Positions 54,887 to 64,000 of a stretch of 64,000 bases of DNA are shown in pieces. Source of the DNA: Eledone cirrhosa (lineage: Eukaryota); the NCBI GenBank assembly GCA_964016885.1, contig CAXHJY010001509.1, positions 1-64,000 on the forward strand. Direction: 5' to 3'. Each line of letters starts with the position of its first letter. Positions within the stretch are counted from its first letter, which is position 1. The position numbers and the translations under genes were made by a program. The notes beneath the pieces are model-generated. The model saw only the letters and a program-made list of their open reading frames with translations, searched no databases and was not told the DNA's origin.

Positions 54887-55353
54887 CCTTCATCTGCTTC
54901 GTAATATGTGAATAGTTCAAGTAACATATTTAATCATTTTTTTTTTTTTTTGTTGACAGTGAAAATAAGTTACTTGAACTATTCACATTTTACGTAAGTG
55001 TGTGAATATGTATACGTACAAATTTATTCGTGCGTGCGATAAATGATAAATGGTTAGAATTTCTATTTGATAAACTTAATACATTGACAAACACGTATCG
55101 AACCACATATCTATTCTACATCAAACAACAGCAATATCTGTTGACGTTCATGAATTGTATGAAGTATGAAAGGCTATCAGAGACATAATCGAGATGTACA
55201 TGAAATTACATAAATGCGAAGTTCACTTTTTTCCCACCAAACAAATATGCTGACAATATAAATAACTTGAAATTACAAACAGAGATGACCATAGCTGTCA
55301 AAATTCAACATACACACAGATATATCTCTATTTCACATGAAAATATAGAATAT

Positions 55354-55400
<47 letters not shown>

Positions 55401-55487
55401 GTTATAACAGTGACATATACATGTACTTAAGTTTCGTTGGGTTACACACCCCTAACTCATTCAGCCTGTCATATAAATATATATGTA

Positions 55488-55564
55488 CAAGGTGCCCTCA
55501 AAAAATGGATACACATTTATTAGAATGCTGTTGAAATGGGTATACATTTTTGAGGAACACTTTG
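55488..55564. mobile_element. Tc1/mariner-type mini-MITE
   Basis: TA-CAAGGTGCCCTCAAAAA ... TTTTTGAGGAACACTTTG-TA; inverted sister copy at 62630. Confidence 0.8.
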
Positions 55565-55592
55565 TATATATGAGAGAGGGAGGGGGAGAGAA

Positions 55593-55629
<37 letters not shown>

Positions 55630-56186
55630 AAGAGAGAGAGAGAGAGAAAGAGAGTTCAATCAATTCTAATTTCCAGATAGGTTATGGAGTACAGTTTAGT
55701 AACTTCCATCCGATTTGATTCCACATTTTTTAATGAAAATTTGTAAATATATTTTCGAAGGTGTAAGGTTATGATTATTTTGAAAAAAAAAAGGTGCTCC
55801 GTTTATTTAAATGCTTTTCCCAGTTCATTGTTGTAGCAATGACATAACTTTTCTGTAGAAAATGTATTACGTTATCCTAATATTTATTACCAACATGAAA
55901 TTGGATGACTTGATGAAAAAAAAAATGCCCTCGTTTGCGTTTAGCTTATCACAAACACAAATCTAAAGGATTAACGAGCGGAACTATAAACAATAAATGA
56001 AAGTATTAAAAAGAAATCAAATTAATCCTCTTTTGTATTTCCTTAACAAAATTGTACTAAAACGTATCCGCAAAATTTCATATAAAAATGTGCATTATTA
56101 AGGAAGATCTGAGGAAATAAATTTAGTGGGTGGGACGTGAGAGCACTGACCTGTAAGCCGAGTATCAGTAAACATGTATATAAGAT

Positions 56187-56800
56187 ACTAGCAGTGGTAC
56201 TCGGCGTTGCACGGGATAAGGTATTTTGGAACGCGGGCCGCCAACAGACCTAATCGTGGAAAAATTGCATGCCTGGACAATATGTAAAGAAAATAAACCG
56301 AATACTCTGATGGTTAGATAATCTTTAAGATTTTCCTCGATGAAGCAGGAAAAATGCAGGTTTTCACCTAATGCAGGCCCTACGGGGTCAAGAAAAGGAA
56401 TTTTTTTCATTTGCCTAATATGCCTTGAAATTTGGGGAAAATCGGCTGGATGTAACGGCTCCAAAAAGCCCTAAAAAGCTGAAAAAAATGAAGTTTTTCA
56501 CCTAATGCGGGCTCTAGGCCATAAAAAGTTGGATTTTCTTTGCTTACCGTATGAAGAAGAGACTGACTAATACATAGTTACAATTTCAAGGAAACCAGTC
56601 TGACGTAATGACTCAAAAAACCCCTAAAAATCTTTTTAAAAGGCAGTTTTTCACCTAATGCGGGCCCTAGGAGATCTAAATGTTCAAATTTTTTATGTGC
56701 ATAACACTCCCTGAAATATAAGTAATACACATGTAAAGTTTGAAAAAAGTCGGTTGGGTACTTTTAGGGATTCAAACAAACAGTTTTCGTTTAAAATTCG
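56187..56800 (+). mobile_element. Helentron-associated (HINE/DINE-1-like) non-autonomous element with internal tandem units
   Basis: Starts ACTAGCAGT...CTCGGCGTTGCACGGG; three TTTTCACCTAATGC(A/G)GGC(C/T)CTA units; late AAGTTTGAAAAAAGTCGG...CAAACAAACAG. Confidence 0.6.
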
Positions 56801-56819
56801 TATTACTTATCCGCATTAT

Positions 56820-57022
56820 AAGGTGGTTTGGCAGTATCGGTAGAGCGTCAGACGCCCTGCTTTGCCTTTACGTTCTGAGTTTAAATCGCTCCTTGGTTAA
56901 CTTCGCCTTTCTTCCTTACGGGGGTCGATAAAATAAAGTACCAGTCACGCACTGGGGTCGATTTAATCGACTTTCCCCTCCCCAGAAATTTCTGGCGTTT
57001 TGCCTATATAAAAAAATCGATA
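56820..57022 (+). mobile_element. SINE family A, longer subfamily
   Basis: Core match; CpGs retained. Confidence 0.85.
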
Positions 57023-57039
57023 TTATACTATTATACATT

Positions 57040-57173
57040 CAATGCCGGATTCACCATTGTATTTAGGTGTGGCCGGAAAGAGAGCAGCTTCCTACCAAAA
57101 GATGTTTTTACCTCCTCCAGGGGCCTCATAACTTAACTAACACAGGGCCTCATTTGTCCTAAATGCGGCACTG
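57040..57173. mobile_element. hAT MITE with 8-bp TSD TATACATT
   Basis: TIRs CAATGCCGGATT / AATGCGGCACTG; exact 8-bp direct repeats. Confidence 0.85.
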
Positions 57174-57667
57174 TATACATTTATAATTGATAAAATACGA
57201 TGTTTACAACTTTAATAAAATACGTTCATGCTTCATAAATTGTTCTAATTCGGTTAATCATCTATACCTAACCCCCCCCCCCCCCCCCCCACGTAGGTTA
57301 TGGAGCATATTTATGTTTTATTAGGCATCTATTGAAAGAGTATTTTCAATGACGAAAAATAGTTGGTCTCAAGAAAGAGTTAAATAGATGAATTAACAGT
57401 ATTCATTGATGTTACGTTGTAAATTCAATATTGACGCAAGTTACAGCGAGTTCTTTGGAAATAAATAAAGACTATTATAGATTGTTTTTAAAGAAAGTTC
57501 ATTCAAGTGAAAAATATGAATGGACAAAAACTAAAATGTTCAAAGAAGTAATTAAATTTTTATGTTCGTTGCTTTGCTGAATGCTTGATATAAAAGCTAT
57601 CAGTGTTAATTTGTTGGTTTAGTGTGTGTTTCAGTACTGAAGCTTAAGAGTTAGGTTATGGATAAGA

Positions 57668-57879
57668 GTCGATCGACTTTCGTCAAATCGGACCGAGGAA
57701 ACAATGTTTCCGTTGGTATCTCCAATTGCTAATACTCTATATCGGTTGCAACTCCAGGTAGAAAGAGTAACGTGAAATAAAGTGTCTTGCTCAAGGACAT
57801 AACGCATCACCCGGTCCAGGAATCGAACTCACAACCTCACGATTGCGAATCCAATCCTCTACCCACTCAGCCATGCGCC
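57668..57879 (-). mobile_element. CORE-like SINE variant with a distinct tail
   Basis: Head and core as family B; second copy at 60405-60565. Confidence 0.8.
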
Positions 57880-57994
57880 TAAACACCTCTATATTTCACA
57901 AGTACTAGCACCTACAACAAAAATTGACAGCTGTTTTGATTTGAAGTTTGAGAATTAAAGTACACACGTAGAACCCATTATAGATTCATTAACT

Positions 57995-58290
57995 GCTTAA
58001 TGACAAGGATATAGTCCGAACGTGGAAGAGCCGAACTTCCGCTGTCATCTCCTCCATCTCTCTCGCCTCTCCATCTCTCCGTATGGTGAGCAAATGGAGT
58101 CCCACGGGCTGGCCTCCCCACAGCCCCCGGACAGAATGGAGAAGGCGTTTCCCCGGAGGATGGTAAAGGAGATACGCTGGAAGAGACATTCCAACTCGCG
58201 AGGCTCACACCTGCGGCTGGCCAGCTCAGCGCCTATGGTGGTGAGTAGGGTGGTGAGTAGCCCTAGGGCCAAAGACACCAGAAGTCTCTG
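57995..58290 (-). mobile_element. CRE-clade non-LTR 3' fragment
   Basis: LTTIGAELASRRCEPRELECLFQRISFTILRGNAFSILS. Confidence 0.8.
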
Positions 58291-58295
58291 TTAAA

Positions 58296-58450
58296 TGCGT
58301 CCTCGTCAGATAGAATACACGAGTTGATGTGTGACATGCCTCAACTGTCTTGATAGTTCAATTCCAGTATTGCCAATACTGGAATTGAACTATCAGGACG
58401 GTTGAGGTGTGTCATGCTTCAGTTCATGTATTTTGTCTGACGAGGACGTG
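58296..58450. repeat. About 155-bp imperfect palindrome centred at 58373
   Basis: CGTCCTCGTCAGA...CCAGTATTG-C-CAATACTGG...TCTGACGAGGACG. Confidence 0.95.
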
Positions 58451-58492
58451 CTGAAAAACCAGCACGGTGCCTTCGAAATATATATAATAAAA
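58431..58492 (+). ncRNA. Minimal type I hammerhead ribozyme motif
   Basis: TTTTGT-CTGACGA-GGACGTGCTG..CAGCACG..TTC-GAAA-TATATA-TA-ATAAAA. Confidence 0.7.
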
Positions 58493-58605
58493 CATATATT
58501 TTGATTAAGTATATATATATTATATATCCCTATAACTCATTAAAATCTGCACAATACACCTTGTGTGTTTGTATATTATATATATATATCCAATGCAATT
58601 CCTAC

Positions 58606-58745
58606 CTTGGTGATATTGCTACAAGAAGTTCACTTTCCAATCACAAGCTGTTTCTCCAAAGCTACTCATGTATTTAATCTTGTCATTTGTACATATGTAC
58701 TGAACATTTATGCAATTATATATTAGAAATAAATTTAACAATATC
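58606..58745 (-). other. Candidate non-coding exon (140 nt)
   Basis: Acceptor CTTTCTTTCCAG|GAT and donor AAG|GTAGGA; stop codons in all three frames. Confidence 0.35.
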
Positions 58746-59458
58746 CTGGAAAGAAAGACTTAATCTATCTTTGCCAGTGTATTGGCTTGCTTCAAAAAGT
58801 ATTAGGGGGCGGTTCCGGCAACCCTGATGATTCTATATTTTAATGTGATTTATTTATGTAATTAAGTAATAGAGATATATATGTGTATGCGTTGAATTTT
58901 CAGAGCTAAGGTATTTCTGTTTGTAATTTTAAGCTATCTATATAGACTACAGTTTAGTATCTTTGGATTCGGTTTTTCGCAACTTTATTAATAAAACATT
59001 TTTCAATAACATTTTACAAACACATTTTATTATGTTGATAATATTTTTTTTTTTTAAATTATAATTTATAATTTTGTCTTCTGGGTTTTCGCAGTTAGAA
59101 TGTCAACGTTCATTCAGAAAATTTATAACAACATTATTTGATATTAATTATCTATATGAAATTGGAAGGCACATTTATTAAACTTCCGAGTTTTCGTTTT
59201 GTCGAATACAACCACAAATCTAAAATATCCAGGTGTTTACTAGATGACCCGGTAAACTATTCCATTTACTAATAATTGTTTGAAAAAACCTGCAGTATTT
59301 CGTAAACTCAAATCCGAGATTACATCTTAAGTTCATATGAATTTCAATTTATATACTTGTACCCAAGTTTGTTCAAACTAATATCAAATAATTTGTTTCG
59401 CTAATATGTGTAAAAATAGATAAACTAATTATTAAACCATGAGCACTAAATAGCTTAC

Positions 59459-59600
59459 CTTTCGCTGATAACTTGTCTTTTCTTAGCAGATCCTTATTTT
59501 GTAAAAATCCCTTGTAAAATCCCTTGCATTTAAAGTCAATATAGAACATGGCCTCAATTGAAGCCATATCTAATGTGTTCTTTTGTCCATTGAACAGTCA
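59459..59600 (-). other. Candidate first exon (contains a 36-codon ATG frame from 59567)
   Basis: Strong donor AAG|GTAAGC at 59459/59458 just downstream of the CCAAT cluster; product not recognised; 5' end approximate. Confidence 0.4.
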
Positions 59601-59649
59601 TTAGCGATAAAACTCGCTCAACATTAATATTGTGAGCCCGAATGCTAGG

Positions 59650-59735
59650 CAAGTATTGGCATTCATGTGGTTATTGAACAAACCAATCGGACATTTAAAA
59701 TAAATGGAAGTGAAAACCAATAGGTGCGCATGTTT
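59650..59735. promoter_or_regulatory. Candidate NF-Y/CCAAT promoter
   Basis: ATTGG at 59655, CCAAT at 59683 and 59717, GGAAGT at 59706, TGCGCATG at 59725, in CpG-retaining unique DNA. Confidence 0.5.
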
Positions 59736-59909
59736 GTGTTGGCAGCACGACACTCCCAAAGTATTTAAAAAAAAAAAAAAAAAATTATATATACATTTTT
59801 TATTTGAAGGCGCGTGGCAAGAGAGTTGGTAAGAGAGTTGAATTCGCCATCGTGGCGTTGTGAGTTCGATTCCTGGACGGGGCGATGCAGATACAATTCA
59901 TCTGCACCT

Positions 59910-59944
<35 letters not shown>

Positions 59945-59988
59945 TATGCATACGTACACACACATATATGTGTGTAACGAACATTAAT

Positions 59989-60075
59989 AATTGTTTCTAC
60001 TTTGGGCACAAGGCCAGCAATTACTCAGTGCATTACTGGTACTTTATTTTATCGACTCCGTAGGGATGAAATGCA
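59989..60075 (-). mobile_element. 5'-truncated SINE family A
   Basis: 3' half only. Confidence 0.85.
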
Positions 60076-60404
60076 AAATGGTCGATTCTTTGTAAACAAA
60101 CGGCCCGATTTGTTAAGCTGTGTCGTTCGTCACCTGTTCAACCTGTTTGAGGAACAATCAACATGTTTCTGGGTCATTACCCTTCATCATGGCTGTATAC
60201 CTCTGTCAGTTCGTTCAACGGTTGAAAATATATAGTATTTTCTTAAGTACACATCGGCTGAGTAGCCTCATTTGCTTGCCGAATATTAGAAATAAAATTA
60301 GAATGTTATTTCTCGCCCTAACACAGCTGATGCATAAATGTAAGTACACACATATATATATATATTATTTATATATATATATATATATATTATTTATATA
60401 AAGG

Positions 60405-60563
60405 ATCGATCGACTTTCGTCAAATCGGACCGAGGAAACAATGTTTCCGTTGGTCGTTCCAATTGCTAATACTATCTATCGGTCGCAACTCCAGGTAGAA
60501 GGAGCAACGTGAAATAAAGTGTCTTGCTCGAGGACATAATGATTGCCCGGTCCAGGAATCGAA

Positions 60564-60565
<2 letters not shown>
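60405..60565 (-). mobile_element. CORE-like SINE variant, truncated
   Basis: Homologous to 57668-57830. Confidence 0.8.
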
Positions 60566-60613
<48 letters not shown>

Positions 60614-62347
60614 TATATATACATATACATATGGGTTATATAGAACATTGATGATCATATTTTAAAAAAAGGGATGTTTACCAGTAGTTATATTCTTTGC
60701 TATTCGACATTGAAAGCTTTCATAAACAAGCACTAGCTATAAAATTGTCGTCTGCGATGTCTATCACGTGATACTCGCACTCACCCGCTCTCTCTATTTA
60801 CCCCCACTGCCCCCCCCCCCCTCTCTTAAAAAAGTAAAAAGAAGACATCACCATAAAATGTATCTTTTTTCGCCCCTCCAAAGTTTGACTGGTGCAAATA
60901 TATATAGGTCTTAATATATTTTAAAAATAAGAGATATATATTCATTTTCAATATCTTCTATACAAGATGGCTCCAATTTTTCGCATTAAATTCCTCGAGA
61001 AATGAAGTCCATTCCATATGGTGGTTAATGAAAGTGCTGTAACAATTTCTTTTTCTGTTCAAACACACTGTAATATCAATTATTCAAGTCAAACCTCAAC
61101 ACCTAAAGGAATAAATTTTTCATTAGTTATTTCCTTTACTGTTAACGAGTTCGTTTAAATAATGAAACGCCTGAATGGTGCTTTCTGGTCATTTGTTCAA
61201 TTTGCATAAACTTATTAGTAATAATTCTTTCTACATTTAGCACAGGGCCAGCAATTTGAAGAGGGAAGAAACAGTCGGTTAATTGTGATCAGTGTGTTAC
61301 TGGTATTTTATTTTATAAACCTAAGAGTGATACTAAATTCAAAACCGTAAACAATAAAATAGTAAATGCCGCTCGTAAATAATATGGAACGTCATCAAAT
61401 CACAAAAATCTCATTTTTTATTTTTTTTCAATTCGGACATTATACATACTGAAATGAGAAGACATTTTCATGACAATTACTTTCGTCAAACAGAAATACA
61501 AGCAGAATTGTCAGAATTTGAGCTGAGCACCTAAATTCTTCCATAAAATCATTCACACTTTTTCTACTTTATAATTATTTGCATCCGTAGATATGTCAAA
61601 AATTGACAGGTTATCTTTGACAATCTCTGAAATAATGTGTGGAGCTATTACAATTTTTTTATCTATTTATTATTGCTGCACATGAAAATGTGCTTGCTGT
61701 TTAGGTGTTATAAAATAATTGTTGGGGGGAGAAATTCTTTCATACAATAATTCGAGTCGAACAAGTGATGATGACAGAATGGATAAAATCATTGTATATA
61801 CTGCAGTTATTATCTTCTTATCTTTTACAATCAAATTTAGTATTTTTCGCAGATGATAGAATTGAAGACAATATACATCGTTTGTGCTTTACAATTTCTT
61901 TATGCTTCCCATGATGTTTAATATTCACTGTAACCATTATATATTTTACAATCAGCTTCAAAACAAATTTTTCTTGTTTTTGCGTCGACGTTTGCCTTTT
62001 AGATCTCCGGTGCACTCACGCCATCCTTCACCTCCCCAGACAACCGTTGTCTTGCGTCAATTTGGGACAGATATACCTGTTGCCTGAGGAAGGAAGCTGC
62101 GAAGTGAAATAGCCGATACAAATGGATATTCGCCGGCTATCCTCCGCCCCAACGCTATTTTTTATCGTTCCGCGGTGTAGAGTTTGCCCATTTCTCTCTC
62201 GCAATTTTTTCCTTCCTTTTGTCAATATACTATCAGGGTATTATCCGATATATGACTGGTAATTTTGAATATATACTTTTGCCAATGTGGTAGTATACAG
62301 TTATACTTTAACTTAATTTTCGAATTTCATGTGGCTTATACAAAATA

Positions 62348-62435
62348 TTTGTTTCTACTTTTTGGTACAAGGCCAGCAAAAACCCAGTGCATTACTGGTA
62401 CTTTATTTTATCGACCCCGTAAGGATGAAAAGCAA
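62348..62435 (-). mobile_element. 5'-truncated SINE family A
   Basis: 3' half only. Confidence 0.85.
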
Positions 62436-62629
62436 CAAAATAATGTTAATGGGAAAGGAAAAAGAAATTTAGAAAAAGGAATGTTTATCAGTAATTATAT
62501 TCTTTACTATTCGACATTTGAAAGTTTTTATAAACAAGTACTAGCTATAAAACCGGCGTCTGCTCTGTCTCTACTCTTCTTTCGGTCATGTGATGAATTT
62601 TCTTTACCTCACTGTCTCCCTCGCCCTTT

Positions 62630-62706
62630 CAGGTGTCCCCAAAAATGTTTACACATTTCAACAGCATTCTAATAAATACGTGTATACATTTTTTGAAGGG
62701 ACCCTG
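62630..62706. mobile_element. Tc1/mariner-type mini-MITE
   Basis: Inverted homolog of 55488-55564. Confidence 0.75.
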
Positions 62707-62712
62707 TATGTA

Positions 62713-62764
<52 letters not shown>

Positions 62765-62766
<2 letters not shown>

Positions 62767-62927
62767 GTATTTCCCGGCGTCGATGACGCTACTTTTTTCC
62801 TAAAATAAGTCTCAAAATTCTACCATGCGTCCTGGAAGCCGAAGGTTGTTTATTATTTTTTTTTCAAATTTTGGGTTGTCAAAATTAGGGTGCGTTCTCG
62901 ATGACGAAACGTCTTCGGTCAATACGG
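62765..62927. mobile_element. pogo/Tigger-like MITE
   Basis: TA-CCGTATT ... AATACGG-TA termini. Confidence 0.8.
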
Positions 62928-63008
62928 TATATATAACTTTTATTATGGCTAAATGATATATCTTGTTACTCTAAAGTTTCACCGGTATAGTTACAAGATG
63001 ATCAACCA

Positions 63009-63075
<67 letters not shown>

Positions 63076-64000
63076 GTTTTACTTTGATTCTCTCTATATA
63101 TTATACTAGAGTGTTACTCGTCATGTGAAATGTAATTTTGTGAGCATACATTTGGTACTGTAGATAACAGTAGGTAGATAGATAGATAAATAAATCATCA
63201 TCATCATCGTCGTTTATTCTACCATTGCATTGGTTAGACGGATTGTAGAAAATTGAACTAACATTTGGCTATTAGTAGTAAGAGTAATGAGTTGGTGGAA
63301 TTGAACAGTAGTATTGAAGTCTAAATACTAAAGTTTATATTCTCAAATTCTTTCATCATTTCTACACTTCTATTATGAACATAAAAACAGTTATGATGAT
63401 ATTTGTAAGATATTATTATATATATATCTGAGAAATAAATATTTTAGATAAAGTCCAATGTGCATATTTCTGATATATTTCAAAAAAGCGTTAAAGATAG
63501 TTTTAAATACTAGTTTTACGTTTCATCTTCAAAGTATTAGTATAGGTGAAAAAGAGTTAAGCTACAATTACCAATTTCCTGTTGGTCATAAATTTACTTT
63601 TACATTAGTGGATGTTTCAATGAATTCTCTATTCTACTAATTTAATTTACTTAAAAACTACATGCCATAAATTGGTCCTGTTGCTGAAGAAGAACCATCT
63701 CATCTAACCTTATCAAAATGTCAATTGTGATGAATTAGTCTTGTATCTAAGAAAGACATTTGCTTCACATTTCTTTAACACTTTTTATAAAACAAAGCTC
63801 TTATGACCTAGCGGTGTTTATTTTAAAAAATATAACAAATAATGGAAAAGAATTGATTTGAATATCATTATAAAATATCCATCTTTCAAATAAAGATGTG
63901 TGAAAGGAAGTTTGAATAGTTAAATATGATTTTCTTGCTACTCTATTCCACATATAGTTTGTTTGACAATTAACGCTTCAGTTAAACAATTTGATTAATG

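Noticed and set aside
59807-59885. tRNA gene
   Set aside because: A/B-box-like sequence is a decayed SINE head with no full cloverleaf; the same applies to other SINE heads.
1-64000. Fanzor/TnpB, transposase, protocadherin or C2H2 zinc-finger genes
   Set aside because: No ORF or motif for these seen in the six-frame track or by reading.

Overview
AT-rich, microsatellite-dense eukaryotic DNA. The repeat families (tRNA-headed Meta-like and CORE-like SINEs, RTE LINEs with (GAT)n tails, abundant (TA)n) suggest an octopod cephalopod; this is inferred from recall, not from a search. I find no intact host protein-coding gene. The only recognisable coding relics are a disrupted Penelope-like element (PLE; RT plus C-terminal GIY-YIG), several 5'-truncated RTE LINEs and CRE-clade endonuclease tails. 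Many SINEs and MITEs (piggyBac-, hAT-, Tc1/mariner/pogo- and Helentron-like) fill the rest. The most interesting signal is a set of minimal type I hammerhead ribozyme (HHR) motifs in small islands next to (TA)n. Three have complete cores (25211-25298 +, 27324-27394 -, 58431-58492 +) and several are decayed. Two palindromes from apparently unrelated families (27976-28094, 37660-37817), plus a shorter relative of the first (25426-25489), carry only the 3' half of a hammerhead, folded back at helix II. CpG content rises sharply near 54.8 kb. A candidate CCAAT promoter at about 59.7 kb, with two candidate minus-strand exons, hints at a long transcription unit. All coordinates and alignments were read by eye.
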